From Pristiophorus japonicus (taxonomy: Eukaryota), in contig NC_091986.1 of NCBI RefSeq assembly GCF_044704955.1, positions 31,806,001 through 31,870,000 of the forward strand: 64,000 bases of DNA, in the 5' to 3' direction. Positions 14,125 through 24,320 of this stretch are shown here, piece after piece. Every line of letters starts with the position of its first letter. The stretch's first letter is position 1. The translations under genes were made by a program, and so were the position numbers. The notes beneath the pieces are model-generated. The model was not told the origin of the DNA. It ran no database searches and was given only the letters and a program-made list of their open reading frames with translations.

Positions 14125-14146
14125 ATATATATATATATATATATAT

Positions 14147-14210
<64 letters not shown>
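14125..14210. repeat. Compound (TA)n(TC)n microsatellite
   Basis: Directly visible, between the Myb gene start and the right TIR. Confidence 0.95.
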
Positions 14211-14214
<4 letters not shown>

Positions 14215-14720
14215 GCTAATGCCCATTTGACATCACTCCCACTAACACCCATATTATAAAGTGGAAACTAGCGGGTTTGAAAATGGGTGATAATCCGCCG
14301 ATCTCAAAACCCATAATAAACGCTAACGCTGGAAATAACGACAATTTTTGGGTAATCTGCACAATTATGGAAAGTCAAGCCCATAGTGATTGGTGCTCCA
14401 GATCCACGTGACTCCAGCTCATACATACGTACTTGAAAGGCATCTTCCCATGCGCTGCGCAGCGAATCTCAGACCAGGATCCTACATTCCTCCAGATTTT
14501 TTCAGTTCAGAGGCATTCAAATGAAGGAAGCCTCCAACCGCAATTTTCGCCTCATTATCTTCATCACTCTTATTTTGCTTATGTTACTTTGGGGAACACT
14601 GTCCCTGATTCAATATATGTTTCTTGGGATATCTAGCATTCTATCCTCTTCCCCTCCTGTAAATACAGATGCAAAATAATTACTTAACTTTTCTTCCATT
14701 TCCTTATTTTCATTTACATT

Positions 14721-15421
14721 GGCCTTGAATTCACGGCCCCTTTGGGTGTGTATGAGGTGCTCATGCGCCCATAGGGACCCTGAAAGTTCTGGGTTTAGGC
14801 ATGCACTGTGCATGGGCTTAAACCAGAAACTTTCAATCTGTCAAGAATCCTCTTGACCGATCGCACGCATCCGGAAATAATGGGCCCCACGGGCGGAGAG
14901 TTGGGTTATTTGCCCAGCAAATGCCCTTGAAATTCTTACGACTGATAAAAGCAGGTGCTTTTATCATCGTAAGACTTTTAAAGGTCAGAAAATACAGTTT
15001 TTTTTTTTCAATAATTTAAACATTTAAAATCCTGTTTAAATAATGTAAGTTTATTTTCAGACCCTTTGAAATATGTAAATTTATTTTTCAAAAAATTTAA
15101 TTTTGGTTTTAATCGCATTTTGATTTTAAATATGATGCTTTTTGAAAATTTATGTTAACTGTGTGTTTTTGAGTACATACGGAACTCACCACAAGTATGA
15201 ATGAGAATACCCTTGCTTTGGTTGGTTGGGCCGGCCCACAGGATCCCCAGGATGCTTGTGAATCGCCTAGATCCCTGGGATATGTGGGCCTCTACACAGG
15301 CCTTCGTGTAGAGGTCCAGACCACAAGTCTCCGAACCTCCTGGACCACCTGGTAAATTTGTAGAAATTATTCAGGTCGGAGGTATCTGCCGAGGGAAGCC
15401 TCCAACTGCAATTTCTGGGCC
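14721..15421. mobile_element. Harbinger-type MITE
   Basis: Ends GGCCTTGAATT / AATTTCTGGGCC; flanks ATT/AAT; interrupts the CR1; homologous to 9665-14553. Confidence 0.75.
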
Positions 15422-15775
15422 AATATCACCATTATCAGTTTTCAAGGGACCCACATTGCTTGCGACCTCTTTTTCCTAATATAATTGTAAAAAAAAGTTG
15501 TGATGATTCTGATATCCCTTGAAAGTTTCTTTTCATACTCCCTTTTTGTAGCTCTTACTATCTGTCACTTTTTGTTCTTTGTATCTTTCATAATCATCAA
15601 AATCTGTGCTTATTTTCCCATTTTTGTATGATTTCCTTTTAGTTTTATGTTGTCTTTTACCCCTCTTGTCACCCATGGCTGATTTTTTTTTGGTCAATAG
15701 TGCTCTTGCCCCTCACGTATAAACTGTTTCTGTATCATGTTAAATTATTTTTTGAACACCTCCCACTGTTCCTGA

Positions 15776-16056
15776 TGTTGTGTATGTATAAGAAGTTTAT
15801 ACCCTGTACACTCAATGTACAGTCATATAAGACTACTGGATGTCCCTTCACACTGTATACACTATGCTTTACCACCAGAGGGTGCAACTGGTGGAGACCT
15901 AGGGGTCACGGTACACTACAGGTAACCAGGTATAAAAGGGAGTTCACTATACTGTACCCTCACTCAGGAGCTGTAATAAATGGACTAAAGTCACCACAGT
16001 TCAAATACAATACCTTGCCTCGTGGAGTCATTACTAGAGCGCTTACAGACACAATA
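15776..16056 (+). repeat. 5' LTR of element 2
   Basis: Direct repeat of 18841-19123; TGTTG...CAATA; contains TATAAAA and AATAAA. Confidence 0.93.
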
Positions 16057-16100
16057 ACTGGCGACAAGATTACGAATTTCCACTCGAAAAATTACCAACC

Positions 16101-17122
16101 TTGGCAACTTTCAACAATTCGCCGAAGGGGCAGATTGGGAGGCCTTTGTGGAAAGGCTCGAACACTTCTTCATCGCGAACGTCCTGGCGGGAGACACACC
16201 GACCTCGTTGGCTAATAAGCGCAGAGCTATCCTGCTCAGCAGTTGTGGGTCCACCGTTCATGGCCTTGCTAGCCCCAGAGAAGACAACAACCAAAATAAA
16301 TGCTGAGCTTGTAACGATGATACAGGAACAGCTCAAACCTAAAGAGAGCATCCTCACAGCCAGACACTGGTTCTACACACACCGGCGGCCCGAAGGCCAA
16401 GTAATCGCAAAATATGCTGCAGACCTCAGACGATTGGCTGCACCGTGTGATTTTTGGCAACCACCTCACCGAAGTGCTGAGGGACATCTTCGTTATTGGA
16501 ATCGGCCACTAGGGCCTTCCCCACAGGCTGCTTTCGGCGGACACCACGGTCACCCTGCAGATGACAATTAACATGAGCCAGACATTCATGGTCTCGGCCT
16601 GCGATTCCAAACAGATGACTCGCCCCCAGGACTCTAACCCGGCAAGTACTGTGAATCGACTGGCGCATTTGAGAGGCAAGGCTGCTGCAAGCGGTCTCTC
16701 TCAGGGTAGAGAGAGCAGAACCCCGAGTCCCGCAATCCTGAGTCCACCACATGGGGCCAACCGACCAACCCCATGTGGTGCTGTGGAGGAAATCACAGTG
16801 CCGCTACAAAGACTATACTTGCAAAGCCTGTAACATGAAGGGCCACCTACAGAGAATGTGCAAGAGAAATTTTACTCACCGAGTCGCTGAAAAGTGGGCC
16901 GATCATCTGGATTCCAGCGATGATGAAGAGAGAGTCCAGGAGGCAGCTCAGCCCCACGAAGAGGTGTACGGAGTGTTTACCTGCTCCACCGAGAGCTCTC
17001 CGTTGAAAATGGAAGTTGAAATCAACGGTGTTTCAGTCTCGATGGAGGTGGACACAGGGGTGAGCCAGTCACTGATGAATCAGGTGGCCTTTGAGAAACT
17101 CTGTGACAATCCAATCGAATGA
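16101..17122 (+). pseudogene. gag: Gypsy-type gag and protease N-terminal half, frameshifted
   Basis: DWEAFVERLEHFFIAN, ARHWFYTHRRPEGQ...YAADLRRLAAPCDF, CKACNMKGHLQRMC, MEVDTGVSQS. Confidence 0.85.
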
Positions 17123-17128
17123 CCTAAA

Positions 17129-18076
17129 ATGATCCCAATCCAAGTGAAGCTGCTCACGTACAAAAACGACACCATCCGAGTCGTTGGCAGTGTGGATGTC
17201 CAGGTGTCCCATGGCAGTGCGATGAACAAGTTACCTTTGTGGATCGTTGCTGGGGATGGTCCAACGCTGCTTGGAAGAAGATGGATGAAACAAATCCGTT
17301 GGAACTGGGAAAACCTCCAGGTCCTGGTGATCCACGTCCTACGCGGCCCCAAATTTGGATCTTGCACAACACCTGAGAAACCCACCACTCAACTCGACTG
17401 CGTGGAGACGGCACAGACCGCTCAACCCAGCGACGAGGTGATCCAGCCCAAACAACCCGACCTCGCCTTCCAGGCTCCAGTGGCAGGACCCCGGAGGAAG
17501 AAAATCGGCGCAGAAGGCAACTTCCCTGCTTCCATGGCAGAACCTGACAAAAGGATCACCGCAGCCTACCTCGTGGAGAGAAAGAAGATGGCGCTCACAC
17601 CACGAGGTTCTGAAGCGCCTGAAATAAAGGTGATGGTGGCCAGTCCACGAGGGGCAGTGTTGAGGGAGCAACCCTTGATGCCGAGCAGCGAACCGGATTG
17701 GGGTAAAGATTGCAAGTCCCTTTTAAAGGAGACCGGCAACCCATCGAAATTAAAGAGACAGTTCCACTCTTTGTACAGCGATGCCGGTAATACACACGGA
17801 AAAGATGCAATTGACAAATGGAAGTATGTAACTGTAACGAACCGTGTTGAGTTGGGTGATTGCGTTCGGAGCCAATGTATTATAACAGTAAATGAAGAAA
17901 TGATGTGTGATGCCGGGTTCTACATGTACGCCGAGAAAACCAAGGGCAACCTCCCATTGGAAGCACCCAGGTCCAGCGGGCTACCCGATCATGTAGCCTG
18001 CATCTCCAGGACCAATGTGAGGCCCCAGGGAGTATGGCCACACACAGAGAGAGCATACCCACTGCAGGGCCAGTGA
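17129..18076 (+). CDS. Protease C-terminal half fused to about 250 aa of unknown sequence
   Basis: Starts with LPLWIVAGDGPTLLGRRW (end of an aspartic protease), then stays open with no RT motifs. Expression unknown. Confidence 0.45.
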   Translation: MIPIQVKLLTYKNDTIRVVGSVDVQVSHGSAMNKLPLWIVAGDGPTLLGRRWMKQIRWNWENLQVLVIHVLRGPKFGSCTTPEKPTTQLDCVETAQTAQPSDEVIQPKQPDLAFQAPVAGPRRKKIGAEGNFPASMAEPDKRITAAYLVERKKMALTPRGSEAPEIKVMVASPRGAVLREQPLMPSSEPDWGKDCKSLLKETGNPSKLKRQFHSLYSDAGNTHGKDAIDKWKYVTVTNRVELGDCVRSQCIITVNEEMMCDAGFYMYAEKTKGNLPLEAPRSSGLPDHVACISRTNVRPQGVWPHTERAYPLQGQ

Positions 18077-18840
18077 TCAGCGGATGGTAAAGGTACCACT
18101 ACTGGTACCCTGCCCCAGATCGGCCCTACCTCTCTGGCCACCAGGGCCAGTACCGGGAGCAAGAAGCGAGCACCCTCCAGCCCTCCCAACGAGACCTGGG
18201 ATGACCAGGCTCCCAATACCCCTGAAGGGCAGCAGGGAGACACGGCAGCCCTCAAAGGAGGACAGGGAGGCCACACACTCCTGTGGCTCTGCCCACCACT
18301 AGGCAACGGCAAAGACCCTGAGACTTAGCCAGGGGAGCGATCCGAGCCCACCCAGCTGGCAGGGGGCACAGCGCCACCATCAGACAACCGGAACACAGTC
18401 CAGTTACTCTGGAACTAGCGCACCTACACCCCAGGGGCAAGACTGTGATATCACATATGTACCTTACCTGTAAAATGTACTTATTCCACTACTGCAAAAC
18501 CCAAACAGTGATGTAATTAATTATGGTTTTTTTTCTGTTGTTTCCGTCTGTACATGTATGCACATGCAGGTGTTGAGCCACACGCATGATCTATGTATGG
18601 GGGGGGAAAATGGATGCGTGTAGCCATGGACACACATGGATCACGCCCAGAACCCACTCAATCCCCACTGCAACCTCGAACCGTCCACTGCTGACCATTT
18701 CCCAATGTTGTGGCAATAAGGACTTGGGGGTTTACAGGGAGAGAGCCTAGCCAAAGCATAGATAAGGTGCATAGACACCCGAGTCTAGGGCCAGAGCACA
18801 CAATGCAAAGGCCAGTGGCACAAGCCTTAGGGGAGAGTGA

Positions 18841-19123
18841 TGTTGTGTATGAATAACAAGTTTATACCCTGTACACTCAATGTACAGTCACATAAGACTA
18901 CTGGATGTACCTTCACACTGTATACACTGTGCTTCTACCACCAGAGGGTGCAACTGGTGGAGACCTAGGGGTCATCTGTACATGACAGGTAACCAGGTAT
19001 AAAAGGGAGCTCACCATGCTGTCCCTTCACTCAGGAGCTGTAATAAATGGACTAAGGTCACCACAGTTCAAATAGAATACCTTGCCTCGTGGAGTCATTA
19101 CTAAAGTGCTTACAGACACAATA
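18841..19123 (+). repeat. 3' LTR of element 2
   Basis: Direct repeat of 15776-16056. Confidence 0.93.
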
Positions 19124-19713
19124 CCTTTAACTTATTTTCTCAGTTTAATTTGGACAATATCTTATTCCATTGAAGACGGCATTACCTAAATCTAACATCT
19201 TGGTAGCGATTTTGTTTCTCCCTTTTCAAACACAATGTTGAACTCGATCATATGATGATCTCTATTAAATAAATGTTCATGCGCATTGGGTTACTAACTA
19301 AATCTGGCTCATTTAAAATCAATTTAAAATCTAATAGGGCCTGCCCCCTTGTTGGTTCTAGGACATATTGTTGCAGAAAACATTCCTGAACACACTCGAG
19401 GAATTCATTACCTTTCTGGCATGAGCTAGTCTGCCCTGCAGATTCAAGTAGGTGGACATTAGGTAATTGTTTTCCCCTGCTATGTTTCCACAGGCTAAAG
19501 TGTCTTAAAACATATTACTACTTGGAAGTGGGAAAACAAATTTCCCTTTGGACCACATCAAGAGCAAAGAGAACCATTCAATTATATTCCCAGCATATTT
19601 AATCATGGTTAAACAATGTTTAAACCTGAGCACATGTTGCAATCATGAAATGTTCCTAAATTTATGAAGGATACATATACTTTTCATAAAACAAATTCAT
19701 ACCTTTTATTAGT

Positions 19714-20296
19714 CATCATCATCATAGGGAGTCCCTCCAAGCGAGGATGATTTGCTTCCATGCCAAAAAGGAATGAGTTCACAGGTGTTTCAATGAAGGA
19801 CCTAATATTCCAGATCCAGAACTACATCTTAGAGGGTGGAAGATGCCTGTGCTTGGAATTTTTTAACGTGTGGTAGCCATTGCTCGCCAACCAACATACA
19901 GGCTTGACAGAGCTAGGTCTTGGTCCAGTGGCAAGGATTAACCAAGAAGACTGGAGACCAGCTCTGCTGCCCAGACAGAGCCCGCACACACGTCGCAGTG
20001 TGGGCTGGCCCGTGCTGCCCCTGGGCCCTCGCCACTTCTGGGCCCCAGACTCTCGCCTCTCCTGGGCCCCGATCACTTCCCTCGACAAACTCTTGCCGCT
20101 CCTTCGCCCTTCCTGCTGTGCCTGCCCGCACTGCAATCAGCGACCTGACTTCGCAGCCGTCACCCTCCTGCAGTGGTATGCCGCCACACACTGCTCCCTC
20201 TGAAGGCCCCGGCCTGCTGATGGTCTTGCAGGCCGGGACTGTGCCGATTTCCGGGCCGGGCCGAGCCGCCGCACGTTGCTCCCTCTAATGCAGCAT
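19714..20296 (-). mobile_element. Short non-coding retroposon with RTE-like 3' tail
   Basis: (CAT)n tail followed by AGGGAGTCCCTC...GATTTGCTTCCA; GC-rich body; flanked by the direct repeat TTTATTAGT (19705-19713 and 20306-20314) that extends imperfectly upstream. Confidence 0.6.
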
Positions 20297-20642
20297 TTCA
20301 TTCACTTTATTAGTAGCTTTAATGTCCCAGAGATTCCAGAGGTTAGAGACTCTAACGTCCAAGATCTATGCAATATCCATTTTTGCCTCCTTGTATCAAT
20401 CTAAAACTTAAATTCACTTACAGATTCCATCTGTCACCCTTGTCAATATATTTTGACATTTAAAGTGGCCAAAAAATAAAATTATTATAACAGAGATAAT
20501 TATACATTGTAGCTAAATCTTTATAATGTATCAACATACCTGAAGGAAAAATCCTCCTTAATGAATACTGACCACAGCACTTTTTTTTTTCTAATTCGGT
20601 CAACTTAAGGTTTCCATCTCTTTGTGAAATCTATAACCAGAC

Positions 20643-21300
20643 ATATCAGTCATTGAAAGTTGGCATGCAGGTACAGCAGGCGGTGAAGAAGGCAAATGGC
20701 ATGTTGGCCTTCATAGCTAGGGGATTTGAGTATAGGAGCAGGGAGGTCTTACTGCAATTATACAGAGCCTTGGTGAGGCCTCACCTGGAATATTGTGTTC
20801 AATTTTGGTCTCCTAATCTGAGGAAAGACGTTCTTGCTATTGAGGGAGTGCAACGAAGGTTCACCAGACTGATTCCCAGGATGGCTGGACTGACATATGA
20901 GGAGAGACTGGATCGACTGGGCCTGTATTCACTGGAGTTTAGAAGGATGAGAGGGGATCTCATAGAAACATATAAAATTCTGATGGGACTGGACAGGTTA
21001 GATGCAGGAATAATGTTCCCGATGTTGTGGAAGTCCAGAACCAGGGGACACAGCCTAAGGATAAGGGGTAAGCCATTTAGGACTGAGATGAGGAGAAACT
21101 TCTTCACTGAAAGTTGTTAACCTGTGGAATTCCCTACCGCAGAGAGTTGTTGATGCCAGTTACAGCTAAAGGGATCAAGGGGTATGGAGAGAAAGCAGGA
21201 AAGGCGTACTGAGGTGAATGATCTGCCATGATCTTATTGAATGGTGGTGCAGGCTCAAAGGGCCGAATGGCCTATTACTGCACCTATTTTCTATGTTTCT
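20643..21300 (+). mobile_element. 5'-truncated CR1 LINE
   Basis: [19 protein letters not shown]...RRMRGDLIETYKI, followed by a 3' tail ending CTATGTTTCT. Confidence 0.95.
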
Positions 21301-21324
21301 AGGGTAGCATCTGCCTTGAGTTCA

Positions 21325-21650
21325 TAGAATCACAGAAGGAGACCATTCAGCCCATTGTGCTTGTGCCGACTCTTTGAAAGCTGTCCTATTAGTCTCATTC
21401 CCCTGTTCTTTTCTCATAGCCCTGCAATTTTTTCACTTTGAAGTCTATATCCAATTGCCATTTGAAAGTTACTATTAAATCTACTTCCATCACCCTTTCA
21501 AGCAGTGTATCCCAGATCCTAACAATTCGATGTGTAGAAATATTTCTCCTCCTTTCCCCTCTGATTCTTTTGCCAAATACTTTACAACTGTGTCCTCTAA
21601 TTACTGACCCTCTTGCCAATGGAAACAGTTTCTCCTCCTTTCCTCTATCA
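21325..21650 (-). mobile_element. CR1 3' fragment
   Basis: RGH...RRN....RIVRIW..L...V and a CR1 tail on the minus strand. Confidence 0.75.
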
Positions 21651-21734
21651 AAATGTTCTCGGTTCTATCTCGCTGGCTGATTGAAATTCACTAAAAACAT
21701 TGTTTTTTTAAGTCTTTCTTTTGAAAAAAAAAAT

Positions 21735-22942
21735 GTGTTTATGGGATCTGGGCATCGCTGGCAATGCCAGCACTTATTGCCCATCCCTAATTGGCCTCGA
21801 AGATGGTGGTGAGCTGCCACCTTGAACCGCTGCAGTCTGTGTGGTGAAGGTACTCCCGCAGTGCTGGTAGGGAGGGACTTCCAGGATTTTGACCCAGTGA
21901 CGATGAAGGAAGTGCGATCAACGCCCAAGTCAGGATGGTGTGTGACTTGGAGGGGATCATGGAGCTGATGGTGTTCCCATGCGCCTGCTGCCCTTGTCCT
22001 TCGAGGTGGTAGAGGTTGCGGGTTTGGGTGGTGCTACCGAAGAAGTCTTGGTGAGTTGCTGCAGTGCATCTTGTCGATGATGCACACTGCAGACACGGTA
22101 CGTCGGTGATGGCGGGAGTGAATGTTTAATGTGGTGGATGGTGTGTGCCAATCAAGTGGGCTGCTTTGTCCTGGATGGTGTCAAGCTTCATCTTGGAGCT
22201 GCACTCACCCAGACAAGTGGAGAGTATTCCATCACACTCCTTACTTGAGCCTTGTAGCTGGTGAAAAGGCTTTGGGGAGTCAGAAGGTGAGACACTCGCT
22301 GCAGAATACCCAGCCGCTGACCTGCAGTATTTATGTGGCTGGTCCAATTAAGTTTCTGGTCAATGGTGACCCGCAGGATGTTGATTGTGGGGGATTCGGC
22401 GATGGTAATGCCATTGAATGTCAAGGGGCAGTTGTTAGACTCTCGCTTGTTGGAAATGGTCATTGCCTGGCACTTGTGGGGCGCAAATTTTACTTGCCAC
22501 TTCTCACCCCAAGCCTGAATGTGGTCCAGTTCTTGCTGCAGGCAGGCATGGACTGCTCCATTATCTGAGATGTTGTGAATGGTACTGATCACTGTGCCGT
22601 CAGCAGCAATCATCCCCACTTCTCACCTTATGATGGAGGGAAGGTCATTGATGAAGCAGCTGAAGATGGTTGGGCCTCGGACATTGCCCTGAGGAACTTT
22701 TTCAGGGATGTCCTGGGGCTGTGATAATTGACCTCCAATCACCACAACCATCTTCTTTTGTGTCAGGTATGACTCCAGCCAGTGGAAAGTTTTCCCTCTG
22801 ATTCCCATTGACTTCAATTTTACTAGGACTCCTTGATGCCACACTCTGCCAAATGCTGCCTTGATGTTAAGGGCAGTCACTCTTGCCTCACCACTGGAAT
22901 TCAGCTCTTTTGTTCATGTTTGGACCAAGGCTGTAATGAGGC
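21735..22942 (-). mobile_element. CR1/L2-superfamily LINE (family B), 5'-truncated
   Basis: IKAAFGRVWHQG, VPQG..GPTIFSCFINDL, WQVKFAPHKCQAM, YKAQVRSVMEYSP. Confidence 0.85.
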
Positions 22943-23035
22943 CTTTACATAGCATCTTTCATGACCACCGGACATCTCAAAGCGCTTTAAGGCCAATGAC
23001 ATACTTTTGAAGTGTAGTCACTGTTGTAATGCAAC
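22943..23035 (-). mobile_element. 3' tail of a Deu-type SINE
   Basis: Reverse complement of the 26145-26240 SINE tail. Confidence 0.6.
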
Positions 23036-23519
23036 AATATAACACAAGCTTTAATAGCCATATCAATTAATGTTTCCAGATTAAGTGTACAAGGAAAAAG
23101 TGAGATTTTCTTTTGGAAAACAGGCTTTTTCTGGTTTATCTTTTCAACATTTCTGGACAGCCCACTAAAAATCCACGGTGTCACGAGCAAAATTGGTCAG
23201 GTTATTGTGCAACAGCCATTGTTCCTTTGTCTCGTAACTCTCCAAGCCACTTGTTAAATGTAAAGGTGTGTGATCCTTGCAAGGCATGTTTATTTTTACC
23301 TCCAGGTTCCTGACAGCAATTTCTCATATCCCCCTCCATGTCCCTCGGGGCACATGCACTTGCTCGCTCCCATAGAAACTGCCACAAATTCAACTGTACT
23401 TAATCACAATCGTGGCCTGACTGAATGAGACAGCATGGGGAGTTAAGACCACAACATATGCACCTTAAGTTAACAATTAAATATAACATGTTAGAAGACA
23501 AGTTTCATAGTGAGCTATT

Positions 23520-23885
23520 TATAGTATAAATAGACAAAATTATTTCACCTTCACCCGGGGGAGTCCAGAACAAGAAGGGCATAAGCTTAATATTAGAACT
23601 AAGCTGTTCAGGGGTGATGTCAGGAAGCACTTCTTCACACAAAGTGTAAAGGAAATCTGGAATTCTCTCCCCATCCCCACCCCACCCCCTCTCCACCACG
23701 CAAACAAAAAGCTGTTGAGGCTGGGGTTTAATCGAAAATGTCAAAACCCAAATTGATAGATTTTTGTTCGCCAAGAGTATTATGGGTTAGAGAACCAAGG
23801 CAGGTAAATAGAATGAACATACTGATCAGCCATGATCTAATTAAATGGTGGAAGGGATCGAGGGGTAGAATGGTCTCCTCCTGTT
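23520..23885 (+). mobile_element. CR1 3' fragment
   Basis: GAGTCCAGAACAAGAAGGGCATA...TTCTTCACAC...CAGCCATGATCT. Confidence 0.75.
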
Positions 23886-24320
23886 CATGTTTGTTTTATC
23901 ATTTAATAAAACAATGTTGCAACTATTTTGCACAAAGAAATTGGATAATTTGCACTTTTAGGATTTCCCTTTATATGCAATTGGAAAGTTTTAGATTTGC
24001 AGCCTAAAATTGTAGCAAGCATTTTCAGATGACATACCCTTGTGATAGTAAAACATCAGTAAATTCAAGACATGATGGGTTTATAAAAGGCAGATTAAAC
24101 AGAACAAATAGATTGCAATCCTTAAAGGATATGATCATGAGCATATGAGAGTAAGCTGATGGATGGTATATATTTCAATCTAAGGTATTTGTGGCAAAAA
24201 CATGAATACCTGTTTTGTAAAATTTCATTGGTTATAAGATGCTATGATTATTTGACTTGATAATAGTAAACAGGAATTACTAGCTATCATTGATAACAAT
24301 TCCAACTGACAATTTGAGTG

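Larger units (their letters stand above)
10155..14382. mobile_element. Two-gene PIF/Harbinger DNA transposon (degenerate)
   Basis: 16-bp TIR GGGCGAGACTTTCCAT / ATGGAAAGTCAAGCCC (14/16 match); 3-bp TSD ATA/ATA; convergent transposase and Myb/SANT genes. Confidence 0.9.
9665..14553. mobile_element. Harbinger-type MITE split by the 10155-14382 insertion
   Basis: Ends GGGTCGTAAAT / AATTTTCGCCTC; TSD ATT/ATT; arms homologous to 14721-15421 and 49645-50331. Confidence 0.75.
15776..19123 (+). mobile_element. Non-autonomous LTR retroelement (gag + protease, no RT/RNase H/integrase)
   Basis: Two ~280-bp LTRs, PBS TGGCGAC at 16059, PPT GGGGAGAGTGA at 18830-18840; flanks CCTGA/CCTTT match only partly. 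Confidence 0.9.
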
